A stretch of DNA of 64,000 bases from Octopus bimaculoides (Eukaryota). Below, in pieces: positions 25,601 through 38,102 of this stretch. Where the stretch lies: assembly GCF_001194135.2 (NCBI RefSeq), contig NC_068998.1, forward strand, positions 53,103,097 through 53,167,096. Reading direction: 5' to 3'. The stretch's first letter is position 1. Each line of letters begins with the position of its first letter. Both the position numbers and the translations under genes were made by a program. The notes under the pieces were generated by a model. That model worked only from the letters and a program-made list of their open reading frames with translations, searched no databases and had not been told where the DNA came from.

Positions 25601-26727
25601 AAGAACGTCAGCAAGTTAATAAATACCGAAAACTTTAAAACAATAATGTACACTGCTTAGTGTCCGCCATTGCAGTCTCTTCAAAGCAATACAAAGTTAA
25701 GTATTCAAATACAACCAACCAATTGCAAAGAAAATTTGATAAATACAAGTGGGAAATTCAATTTGATAAATCATTCTAATATACAAAATAATTGCTTTAT
25801 AATTTAGTCATGCTAGGGAACAGACATTAAAATTAATGCACAACTCCATGTGCGTATTTGTGTTTATATGCCATTTATTGTTGTCTGCGTGTGAATGAAT
25901 TAAGACGTGTGTATGTGTACCTATATGCGTAAGTTAATATGCAATATCTTATTAGTTTAATGAGTGCGTATATTTGCGTCATTTAAGATAGGTGCATCCC
26001 TATAATTTTATTATCGTTGTTGTTGTTGTTGGTGTTATTGTTGCTTAAATATATAGAATGGTCTATTTGTGATTGTATCGGTGAACCACAAGCCAAATTC
26101 ATATCAGTAAAATTACGGATAGATTTTAATGTTATGACTAACAATCTTTCACTTAACAACATGTCAATTCAGGTTTAAAAGATTCCGATCAACAATTTGG
26201 ATAATTTTGCTATGCTGGAAGTGAAATTCATTTTGTTTTCTTTCTTTTACTTATTAGATATTGGACAGAAGTAAAACTTTATGTCTTGGTGCAGCCATTT
26301 GTAGCTTCATATAAAACCTAATTAAACTTAAATATACATATTGATATATATATATATAGGGGGTTGTGTGTGTGTGTGTGTGCGTGGTGGGAGGGTGTAG
26401 TGAAACTTATATAATGGATGTCTACTTCATTCTTTAGTCGCGTCGCGTTAGTCAATAACTGTATAACTGTCAACATTAATATTATTGATTTTGAATGGTG
26501 AGATATAGAACGCAAGAAATAACCTCCTGGTATAGTAAATAGGAAGAACATAATTTCTCTGAAGATCGAAAGAAAATTTCATGTAGTGTTCGATCAACCT
26601 CAATATATAACAGGTTCTTCTTTCCTTTTAGACATGAAAGGGTCAAAATCCAAATTTGTTAATGTTGGCAATTGCACTACCAGACACAAAAAGTCACCTG
26701 CATGTTATACGTATCTATCTAGCCATC

Positions 26728-26731
<4 letters not shown>

Positions 26732-26774
<43 letters not shown>

Positions 26775-26777
26775 ACA

Positions 26778-26824
<47 letters not shown>
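26732..26824 (+). repeat. Compound (CT)n + (TG)n microsatellite
   Basis: Visible directly. Confidence 0.97.
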
Positions 26825-26826
<2 letters not shown>

Positions 26827-28589
26827 AGTACGTGTTCAGAAATTGTTAGTCTTAAGATCAGAAAGTCATGCAGTCCCTATAACTGTCAGTAATTTTACAA
26901 CATCGTAACAACATTAACGAAAGGCAGCATCAATTTACAAAGCTTTTCTAACTCCTTAACGATTACAATTGTGATTTCATTTAGGAAATCAATTTGGAAA
27001 TAATATATGGCGAATGACAACAGGAATGGCTGAGTCCGTAACGTACCAGGCAGCCAGCCAAAGAAAGAGCATTAATTTGTTTCCGTATCTGATGTTATTT
27101 TCCGTCAGAGATTAAAATATTTAGATATCGAATTATATAGTATTTCATGGCAGAAATCTCTCAAAACTTTCAGCAATGCTTACTTTATAAAATTGTCGAG
27201 TAAATCGTCTGTTTGTGTTGTAGAATGTAGCTTATAGCGTGTGTGTATATAGTTTGTTGGCTCCTCTACAAGTTAAAGTTTATGAAATGATATATATAAT
27301 ATATAGAACATAAACAATATTTGGGCCGTACTAGTGACTGACCAATAAATCAACTGTACGACTTACTAGACATAGCAGTCAAATATCAGTAAACGTCCAT
27401 CTACCGCATTGGAGCATTGATAACACAACAGTGAATGCATTATGTTACACATAAATACGGAATGGAGACAGATGCAGAACGTTTTGTATTAGTGTCTTTC
27501 AATGAATTGCAGCAATAGCAGTAAAAACAGAAGAAACAAGAATATCTGGGGCAAATGAGAGACCGAACATGTTTTCCTTTCTAGTGAACTCAGATAAAAC
27601 AACTTTAGCATAAAATTATAAAAACGAAACCAAGTAATAAGTAAATCGTAGCCTAAAAAGATTATGGCTTTGTTTTTTCTTATAGATGCAGCAGAAATGG
27701 TTTCAAAATTGTTTTGCATTTTCATTCCGGATATCTCTATACATTACAAAAAATACACAAGAAATAACAAATAAATCGATACAGATGCTGCAAAAATACT
27801 GTACTGTCAGATCTTATGGTTCCAACCTAGATGTATTAACCGTAGACATTTTCCAATTACGTCTCCAAAAGATTGCATGTAAATTAATGATTTTTCGATG
27901 CTATGGAATAAAAATGTTCATTTAGCATGACGAAATTCTGTAAAACGTAAACACATTAAAAGACATTTATGAATTCCATTAAATGTTCGACATCTACCTG
28001 TTTATTAAATATTATGAAGGTGTAAATAATTGATAAACAAGTTGTGGTTATTGAAAGAAATTTTAGATAATTGGAGCTCCATTTCTGATACTAAAGGTTT
28101 TCATGTTTTGGTTTCCTTTTAACGATGAATGTCACCAACATGGACATTGTGATTGTAAATAAAGCAAGCACCACTAACATCGCCCCCACCAAAGATATTT
28201 CTATAAATTATATATTTAAAATTTAGTCTAATATGTATGCATATGTGGGAGAAGGTTGGTCCTTTGACATCCACATTAATTCCCAGATTGCTTTGGCTGT
28301 TGTTGTTAGTATTAGGTTTGAACTGCAAGTAACGGGAAATTGTTAGAACGGAATATGGAATGTAAATGAGAATAGATCTAGCGAGAGGATAATAGATGGA
28401 CTGGGAAACAAAAGAGGCACAGGATGGAACATGGTGTTGCGTGGACATTTCGTAATTTCTTTAATGTTGTTCTTGGTCATCAAAAATTAAATGTGCCTGC
28501 TGTATGTCTATGTGGCAGCAGATTTATGCCGATCTATCCATTTATCCAACCCAACTATTCACCTATCTGTTTCTCTCTCTATCTTTCTG

Positions 28590-28613
28590 ATTATCTTTGT
28601 CTATTTATCTATC

Positions 28614-28668
<55 letters not shown>

Positions 28669-28793
28669 GTCACATCGGGTATGTGTCTTCTAATATAGCC
28701 CGGATAGAAGAAAACTATGTGGCAGCCCGCTGTATACATATACATACATACACACAAACACATATATTTATATCTATATAACTCACTCTCGAT

Positions 28794-28835
<42 letters not shown>

Positions 28836-28930
28836 ACATATATATATACACAGAGAGAAAGAGATACATACATACACGCATACCCATATGCGTAAATACA
28901 TATAAGTGTGTGTGCATATATGTACAAATA
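28590..28930 (+). repeat. Cluster of (TCTA)n, (CA)n and (TA)n microsatellites
   Basis: Visible directly; the source of several spurious HTHT/CVCV ORFs. Confidence 0.93.
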
Positions 28931-28964
28931 TGTGTGTGCTTCTGTACCTGTGTTATGTTTCTCA

Positions 28965-29110
28965 GCAACACCACCCATGTTGGTCCCCATTACTCATCAC
29001 TTCGGTAAAAGAGTCTGATAGAATAAGTACCAGCCATAAACATATAAGTACTAGTGACGATTTTCTCATCTGTTCAATGCGGTGCCCCAGCATGGCCCCA
29101 TTTCAATAAT
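28965..29110 (+). mobile_element. SINE family B, 3' tail
   Basis: cacttcggtaaaagagtctgatagaataagtaccag...gcggtgccccagcatggcc matches the family B tail. Confidence 0.58.
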
Positions 29111-29740
29111 TAAAACATATGTTTAAATACCAGGAAGTTTAACATTTACTCTTCAGTGTCAGACTTCTAACTATTAGATTCGCATTTGAGACGTTCAAAT
29201 ATTGTATTATATTCTAGCTTTTTCCTCTGGGATTAGAATCGATTCCATACTAAGTTCTCTATATCCGTGCGAATTCTATAAAATCAAATATATGTACCTA
29301 TATGTGTACGTGTGTGTGTACGAGTGTTCGTATCTGTGAGAGGGAGAGAGAGAGTGTGTGTGTGTATGAGTTACAATTTTACTTCTATGTGTGTTGTACT
29401 TAGAGAATGATAAAATGCAGACGAGACGCAGTTGTTAATAGGTGATGTGTGTGCTCGGCCTAAATAAGAATCTAATTGTTTGTGATGCACTTTTGGCAAT
29501 GCGGTTTCACCATTCAAAGTCAAGAAGAGAATATGTTGGCATCTTTCATAGTTATTTATGAAGATGTGTTGATGTTTACTTAAGATGTGTAACGATTGGG
29601 ATTTTGATTTACTGAGATATTTATCTGTGCCCGTGAATGGATTTTTCCATGTGCCTGTTAATGTATGTGCTCCAATACCGTTGTGAGCTTGTATTGTTTG
29701 ATGTTACATACTTTTCTTTCTCCACCACATTTCTTTCTCC

Positions 29741-29741
<1 letters not shown>

Positions 29742-29806
<65 letters not shown>

Positions 29807-30002
29807 NNNNNNNNNNNNNNNNNNNNNNNNNNNNNNNNNNNNNNNNNNNNNNNNNNNNNNNNNNNNNNNNNNNNNNNNNNNNNNNNNNNNNNNNNNNNNN
29901 NNNNNNNNNNNNNNNNNNNNNNNNNNNNNNNNNNNNNNNNNNNNNNNNNNNNNNNNNNNNNNNNNNNNNNNNNNNNNNNNNNNNNNNNNNNNNNNNNNNN
30001 NN

Positions 30003-30045
<43 letters not shown>
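29742..30045 (+). repeat. (TA)n microsatellite interrupted by an N-gap (29807-30002)
   Basis: Visible directly. Confidence 0.97.
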
Positions 30046-30149
30046 TAATCTGGAGACGTTTCTAGAGCTCTTTATTCCTTGCTAATATATCTCACCATCT
30101 CTCTACTTCATAAACAACATACGGTGTTTTCCATAGTCAAATGACAATA

Positions 30150-30305
30150 GCTGCGCCATTGGTGTGTTGATTAGACCAATGCTTTGCAACCAGCTGGTTT
30201 CGTGTTCAGTACCACTGCACAGCAGTCTCAATGAATGTAATCTATTATAGCCCCATGCCGACCAATGTTATGTGAGTGAAGTTAGATGTGCAGAACCCTG
30301 TCCTA
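30150..30305 (+). mobile_element. SINE family B, degenerate head and core
   Basis: gctttgcaaccagctggtttcgtgttcagtaccactgc...tattatagccccatgccgaccaatg..tgtgagtgaag resembles 21250-21350. Confidence 0.48.
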
Positions 30306-30666
30306 CATGCGTGTCATATATATATATGGGAAACAATTTACCACGTATAATTTTGTTCCACGTTGTAAAGCTTCTGCTAATCAACTGAGTTTTTTTAATT
30401 ATAGAAATTATATTTATATTTGCATATCAACCTGAGTGTTTGCAAGTTTTTATGTTTGAATATATAATTAGGTGTATGGCTGTGTCTGAATTGGTGCTTC
30501 TTCATAGTTACGTAATGTCATCAAACATAGAGAATATTTGCACAAAACTAAACGTTGTACAACTTGTAATATTGGCCGGAATAAGCTACTCTAGAACAAG
30601 TGTTTACTATCCACAAATCAGATAAAGCAGCTGATTACCTACCCTATGTATATGTATATATATATA

Positions 30667-30699
<33 letters not shown>

Positions 30700-30706
30700 A
30701 TGTATG

Positions 30707-30739
<33 letters not shown>

Positions 30740-30795
30740 GTATGTATATCAAAATTAATATAAGTAGCTAGGTCTAATACCACACAATAAAGAAT

Positions 30796-30867
30796 AAAAT
30801 TTACCGTCACTAATTGTATCTGAGGGTGCTTCGGCACCCTCAGTCACAATTTGTGACGATAAAATTT
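30796..30867. other. 72-nt foldback with a perfect 10-bp GC-rich stem and TTCG loop
   Basis: aaaatttaccgtcactaattgt-at-ctgagggtgc-TTCG-gcaccctcag-tc-acaatttgtgacgataaaattt. The outer arms match at 19 of 22 positions. Confidence 0.85.
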
Positions 30868-30874
30868 TTTCTAC

Positions 30875-30879
<5 letters not shown>

Positions 30880-30954
<75 letters not shown>
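30880..30954 (+). repeat. (TA)n microsatellite
   Basis: Visible directly. Confidence 0.97.
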
Positions 30955-30957
<3 letters not shown>

Positions 30958-33900
30958 AAGTGAGATAACACAAAAATAACTGCAACACCGTAACAAGAAC
31001 AACTACAATATTGCATTGATTACTGATATTTTGGGGGAACTTTGCAACACATGTCACTAATTGAAAGGTCAGAGGGTCAGTGATAGTATTATTTATTTTC
31101 TAATTTATCTCTGCCGTTTCATTTATATATTCAGGCATTGTATAAAATACGTCTGGATTTAGGAGACAATTAGAAACAATATTTCCAATTTATTTAACGT
31201 GCTAATTATTCAGATTTCATTCAACAAACCGAACAATCAAAATTCTTCTTCTGGCAATACGTATATTTAGATTTCGCTTTTCTTTTTTACCGCGCCATTA
31301 GGTGTAGCCTTAATTTTGAGCAAATATCACACTCGTTAAGGTTAAATACAGTGTTGGTTCTGTAATGGTTGTTATGGTGAGAGTGGTATGATAGCTGTTG
31401 GCCATGGTGGAATGTTTCAATAACAGTTTCATGTTTATTATAGTTGTGGTTATGATGATGGCTATGGCGGCAGCGGTATCTGACAAGTATTCTAAAATGT
31501 TATATATTTTTCTTCTTAATGTCTACCCAACCCGCTAAATGAATAACTTATAATTGATACTAAACTGAACATTTAGTTGACGAGCCTGCTCGATTAAATT
31601 CCTTGAACATGCAACTTCTGCATATCACTCTGGGTTCGAGTTTGCCTTCTTTCTAATCTATTTTAGGGAGAAGCAAACCAATAGGGCATTAGAATCATAT
31701 ACATATAAAGAGCACCAAGCATGTTTCCTACGTTAATTTCTGGTCACGATTTTAGTCAAGAAATCAATTATGCTATTACTATCCAGTGGTAGATATTGAA
31801 TAGTAAGATGACTGATCAACCTAAAATTTCGTGTTAAACGCCAGCGTGTTACTTGTGGACATGTCCGTCAAAATACCTGCATCCTACAGACCAGAACGTT
31901 TCTAATTTTTTTAAAATAAAATAGTAGAAATAGGAAAACAAAGCCTTTCTAAAAAAATCTCTACCTCATCTTTCACATAAGTAACGGTCCGGCTTTGAAG
32001 AAATTCGTGGGGAATAAAAAGTTTAATACGAATGCCTTGAGTGTTAAATTATCCAAATTTACTAGAATTGCTTCTGAGGCGAAATAAAGTTGCTGGTAAC
32101 TCATGTATTGATCAACAGCTTTGCACACTTTTATAACATTGATATTTTTCAAGCAGAGCACGTTTACCGCTTTATATTGATTTTGCACCGCTAAGGTCTG
32201 TGCAATGAGAGGGGGTTCAGTTGTAGAAGTAGCAAAACACAGGTGTTTCTTAACGGACAACTATAGCTGCGACTCTTTCAAATATTGATGATCGGAAATA
32301 TGTTGTGGCAGTGAAAACAGTTCCAGAATTTTAGCGAAATACAAAAGTGCATTTGTACTCTTCAAAATACTCCTCCCTCTAAATAAGAACTGGATTTGCT
32401 AGAAAAAGTAACTATGACTCTCATCAAATATTATCTAGCAAAGGTGAAGGAAAATAAAATGAAGGACATCCGATAAAACGTTATGTGGCTAACATGGGAT
32501 TGAATATTTAGATATGGTTACGACGAGAATACTATTAATCAGTTTTTCTCGTCCAGTACTCATCATATTCCTGCGTGCCTGTAGCGGAGCGGTCCTCTCT
32601 GGTACAAGCACTTGCACTGGGCCTTCGGTTTGAAGATACTGTCCTCTCTTCTGCCCATTAGTCACAGAGACTCTCTATTAGGTCGTTCGTACTTTCGACC
32701 TCCAGACCAACGAATAATAACATCTTAAAGCGAGGATTGTGACGGTTTAGTTTGTCGACATTTGAATAACTATCATACTCATGTAATTTTCTACGAATCT
32801 CTCCCTCGTTAATACTCAAAGCTTTGAAATCTGTCACATGTAATAACGCTTAGCCATTACATGGCCCCACGTCCTAGACGTGTTAGCTAAATTACTAACG
32901 AGCATTATTTTCCCACCTTAAATGAATGCCCCATTAAAAATGTAGTTTTAGATTCCTTATTTGAAAATGACATGACCTTGTGTGGTTGGACCTTGTAACA
33001 AATAGCATGGTTACAGTACACCAAAAGTTAAATTTTGGCATCTGCATTAGTCTTGGGCATCAAGAGAAGACATTATCTTTCACTACACATCACACTTCTT
33101 AGACAAAATATACCATTTGTCACGAAAGACAAGACTTGTTAACTTTAGTTACACTAATGAAAAGATCAACTATTTAAAACATAGGCATTCATAGCTTAAA
33201 TTGTAAAAGGACGGTTCTGTGTGTGTTGTTTTATTCCACTCCCCTTGCACTATACCATGTGTAAATATCTTTAATATAGCTTTAGATGAAGTTGCGTCAA
33301 TAAAAATTGTGTGGAATTATGCTTGTAATAATCCAAGAATAATAAATATGTAATCATTCATCTAATATACACGCTACTGTTATACTGAACACTTGTAAAT
33401 AGAATGTATTTTTGTCGTTGTATGTATTGATTGCTAGTAAAACCGGGCTAAACCAGTAAATGTTAGATTTACTCATAAATATTAATATAGCATACCTCTC
33501 CAAATAAACAAACAAACAATATCCATTTTGGCATGAACAATTATAATGCATGGTCACTACAACATCCTACTCGTATATAAACCATATTATGGTATATACC
33601 AGATAAATCCACGATTTCATATCTGGGTATAAATCGAAAAGAGTATATGGCACTTAGAACACGATATTTTAGCGTATGAAATGGTCAAATTAGCGATATG
33701 CTCTTAAGGCACGACTCTATATAACACATATCCCTGCGAAAACAGCGATATCATATTGGATGTACGCATAATGGAAAACTGTAAACTAGTTAAAACATTG
33801 ATTGTCCCCCGCAAAATATGTACATATATATGCCCCTCACACACACTTCCGATTAATATCTATTACATTCTTTGTGACGTTTGGTCAAACCTGCCTTTAA

Positions 33901-34973
33901 ATATAATGAATAGCTCTAGTCTATTTCAGTGAACAAATCGTTCAAATTTGTAGGAGGTAAAACCCATTGTATAATATATTTCTAAATTATAAAGTATTCC
34001 AAGGAAATGTACGTGAGTCAAATCTGTATCCTATTTGTGTCATATGCTTGTTCTGACTGGGAATGCATTGTTGGCGCCAACCCGTATCCGAGTAGTAGAT
34101 TTGTAGCCTGAGTTCGAGCCTCTGAATTAATCGTCAATAAAAACAACGTGTATGTGTGCGCTGCTGTGTTTATTATAAGAAAATTAAGAAAGCAAGAACA
34201 AACAAGCCCACAAATAGCGATACGATGTGATCAGACTGTTATAAATATCCTGATAGAATTAATCGATTTTTAATTGAATATGTAGTGTGGTATATGAAGA
34301 GACTTAAGTACAGTCTGACTAGAGAAGACAAGACATGAGTGTCATATGGTTGTCGAGATCCAGCTACCGTAAGACGCTCACCAAGAATGAGTCAGAACAA
34401 TAAAGAGCTGCAGCATCATACAACTTAACAAGATGACATATGAGTCAGACCACGTGATATTTCGTGACATTAATGTTTTGTTATTTTATCTTCATTAGAA
34501 ACATGTTCTGAACTACCGTAGAAGATCTGGAATGTTTCTCTCCAAATTAATAAGGCCATGTCATTGATATAAATTCCTTTCAATTTAAAATGTTTGCTTA
34601 CATCGAAACGAATAAAAACAAAATCGAAGTCACTTTTCAATTAGGAACTCCTTTTTAGTGTTAATGTGATGAGGAAAAGGTAAGAAAAAATAAACATAGA
34701 GAAAACCACGTTTCATAAAATAAATTACATTATATTCATTATCTAAACTTCATAGAAACACTCCCTTTCAAAGAGTTTGTAGCAAAGTTTTCAGGTAGTT
34801 AATTATGGCTGATTACAAACCAAGTTTGTTATACAAGAACTCGTTCAAAACATTTAGTATTTTAAATGTAAATTTTTAGAACATTTTTTGTGAAGTCATT
34901 CTTAACTAGTCAAAAAGTATTTCATTAAATTTCGCCAGTTTTTTGTTTTTTTTTCAAAAGAAAAAAATCTATG

Positions 34974-35030
34974 TTTATATGCACCTTCCCTATTTGAAAT
35001 AACTGGGGCGGGGTTTCATTAAGTGATTGG
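34974..35030 (-). promoter_or_regulatory. Candidate Pol II core promoter: CCAAT box, GC box, TATA-like box
   Basis: Minus-strand order is AACCAATCA (~35031-35023), CCCCGCCCC (35013-35005), TATAAA (34979-34974), spaced as in canonical -80/-60/-30 promoters. Motif evidence only. Confidence 0.35.
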
Positions 35031-35231
35031 TTTCTCTCAAGACCCTCGATGAACTTAGAAACAAACGGATGATTATTTAAGCAAAGAGGTCCTTATTTAG
35101 GTTGCACAAGTTGCGAATGTAGCGGTTTATTGAAAGTCCAGCCAGAGGCATTTCCGTGGCGGACCTGTCGCTCTAAAAATGCTAACCTTATCAGTTTTAA
35201 TCTACTGACATTAAAATGAAAGACAGACAGA

Positions 35232-35640
35232 ATATCTTTTATTTCTTATTACTTGGTTCAGTCATTTAATTGCGGCCATACTGGTGCAACGCCTTCAAGA
35301 ATTTTAGTCAAACAAATCGAACCCAGTTCTAAAATTTAATTTTTAAGTCTGACATTTATTCTCTCTTCTCTCTCGTTTGCCGCTCTGCTAAGTTACAGGG
35401 ACGTAAACACACCAACACCCGTTGTCAAGTAGTGGTGGTGGTGGTGTTGGGCAAACGCAGACACAAATACACACACACATACAGATACGACGGGCTTCTT
35501 TCAGTTTCCGTCTACCAATCCTCTCACAAGGTATTGGTCAATCTGAGGCTATAGTAGAAGACACTTGCCCAAGGTGCCAGGGAGTGAAACTGAACCCTGG
35601 ACCGTGTAGTTGGGAATCAAGCGTCTTCCCGCACAGCGAC
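35232..35640 (-). mobile_element. SINE family B, near full length
   Basis: Plus strand gcggccatactggtgcaacgcc...gacgggcttctttcagtttccgtctacc...gctatagtagaagacacttgcccaaggtgcc...actgaaccc is the reverse complement of the 21223 copy. Confidence 0.88.
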
Positions 35641-35879
35641 GACTCTATTTACAAATAGACTATGCTCCAAAAGAATACAACGGAAAATGACTGATCGTAG
35701 CACAGCTTGTTATGCCTTGATCTTAACAGAAACAATAACATGATAGAAATACGCAACATATTAACAGAAGAGAAATAACAGAAAGCAACAAAGAAATATC
35801 GCAATTACCGATTGCTGAATTACAAAGAACTTTTATTGTTTTCTTTTCATTAAAAAATGATTTTTAATTGTGAAAATAT

Positions 35880-36240
35880 TATATCAGCAAGATTCTACAT
35901 TTGGATGCTCCCTGCCGTAACCGGGGCGTTTCTTTCAGCGCTTGCCATATTTAAGCTTTTCGTCTACACTCTCGTCAGTTACACATCCACTTTTCATTTC
36001 TTATTTGTCCTCTCATTTTCACCCATTTTCTCTCATAAACGTCCTGTGTATTTCTGTTTTCTCGGCTTCTTTTACTTTTTTCTCTCAGGCGCAGTAAGAA
36101 TATCGATCATGAAAAACTTAAAACTGCTTTTACCCTTTCTCTTTCATCTTCTTCGTCTTGATACTGAAGGACATCCTCTCCGAAACGTCGGTTACAAAAC
36201 CCTGACGTCAGTATTGTCTTACTTTTCATGCTGACGCAGA
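35880..36240 (+). mobile_element. Probable Penelope-like terminal remnant with a hammerhead-like motif at 36164-36189
   Basis: A pyrimidine-rich stretch ends in CTGAA-gga[catcctc]tcc-GAAAC-GTC. Family assignment is by motif only. Confidence 0.33.
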
Positions 36241-36296
36241 CATCTTTTGCTTTCCCGTTTACACTCTTCTTCCTTCTGTCTCTCCTCTCTATTTGT

Positions 36297-36351
<55 letters not shown>

Positions 36352-36833
36352 CATATATATGTATATTATTTATTTAAAGGTGACAATACAAGTTGAATAT
36401 ACTATCACGGGTCAGTACGTTATATGTGTGTGTGTGGGTGTGTGTATAGACTGTAGTATCGATAGAGTTTGGACACAAAATGTTTGTTCTCCAACATTAG
36501 TAGACAACTTACTTCTAACGATTGTAGACGTAAGAGCAACATGAATATCATAGAATCCAACCTCACTCGAGGAACTGAGACTATAAATCGATAGGGCTGG
36601 AGGCAATTTTAGTTACTTGTCTGCTACTCTGTTGCATGTTGTTGAATGATTGTACCGGTTTTTTTCTGGGATCATGATAGATTTTTATGTTTGAAGTCTT
36701 TGATGGTCCATGTTCTGTTGCTTTTATTCTCCTTTGCCTGGTACATCTTTTATGCAGGAATATAGAAACTTATATACATGTGCCTAGATATATGTGTGTA
36801 TTATAAAATGTACGTGTGTGTATGTGTTTGTGC

Positions 36834-36869
<36 letters not shown>

Positions 36870-37057
36870 ATGCATATGTATCAATGCATACACACGTACA
36901 GGCACACAAACATAGACACGTATGTGTTCGTGTGTATTCACATATCAATTAATAACAATTTCCAAACGATTATTTTGCATCTATTGAGAAGTAGCCCATT
37001 CTGTTATGTTTCTATCTGCAGAGAAATGGAGGAGAGAGATAATAGTAATAGGTCGAT

Positions 37058-37143
37058 TGATAGATAAATAGATAAATAGATAGACAGGTATATAGATAGA
37101 TAATTAGATAGGTGAAAAGATAGACTGACAAAAAGACAGACAC

Positions 37144-37189
<46 letters not shown>

Positions 37190-37207
37190 GTATGTAGGAA
37201 GATAGAT
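37058..37207 (+). repeat. (GATA)n tetranucleotide tract
   Basis: Visible directly. Confidence 0.95.
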
Positions 37208-38092
37208 AGTTACATGCATAATTGGTACAATTTAGTGGAAGCAGTTTGCAACCAGAATTTCAGTATCAATGTTTCCTATCTTCCTCAGAACCGATAATTG
37301 AACCGATGTAATTTCTTTCATATTGTGCATAAACTGCCTTCAGATAATAAAGCAGATGTCTGAAATTGTGTTGCTCCTTGTCGGAGAGGCTAGTATTTGA
37401 CCTGTTATTTGACTCACAGTAATAGGTGAGGAGAGGGAGAGAGAGTGATCAAGTAAAGATTCTAATTGATTTTGTCCATGACGCGACATTTTAGGAATTA
37501 CCTGTCGTTTGCTCCATTTAATACTTAGGAAGCTAAAGTCGACAACCACGCTAGACGCACATTAACATGTTTTTTATAATTGTGGGGTTAACGATTTCAC
37601 TTGAGGGTGCAGGTGGACTGTATAAGACTATTCATCTTAGTAAATTCAATACACTTGGTTCAAGTGATATCGATGTATGACAAGTTTCTTTCTTAAGAGA
37701 ATGATATATTTTTTAATAGGGTTTTCCATGAAATTTCATATTTTTTTTTGTAAGCAGTCTCTTTCAAGATTTGAATCCATTGATTTGAATATATTCGTAT
37801 GAGTAAAAAATGTGTTAGTACTATGAATATAATTTTTTGGCAAAATATATTCTTCCTTGTATTCCCACAATTTTTCCTTTTTTTTTCACTTTTATATGCA
37901 ATAAGAATTTCTGCCTCAGTCTGCCTCTTTTTATTTGGGACTATATTTTGTACTTTTTAATGTGTTTCTGATTCTAATGTGTTTTTGGATCTGTAAAATC
38001 TTAAGATCTTTCGGATTTATCGTTTTCGTCCACTCTCATGAGGCATTAATAATTGCACAGCTATTAATGGCATCTTGTATTATATATATATA

Positions 38093-38102
38093 NNNNNNNN
38101 NN
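38093..38102. other. Assembly gap (N run); further small gaps at 60814-60834 and 63696-63705
   Basis: n characters adjacent to microsatellites. Confidence 0.99.

Noticed and set aside
27367-27490. Minus-strand frame containing SLLCYQCSNAVDG, like a Ly6/three-finger N-terminus, with a GTAAGT donor
   Set aside because: There is no AG acceptor between the upstream in-frame stop and the motif, and no signal peptide after the available ATG.
28237-28328. Signal-peptide-like MHMWEKVGPLTSTLIPRLLWLLLLVLGLNC
   Set aside because: The hydrophobic core comes from an imperfect (GTT)n run and the donors are weak.
28424-28990. Numerous ORFs rich in HTHT, CVCV or IYIY here and across the window
   Set aside because: They are translations of (CA)n, (TG)n and (TA)n microsatellites.
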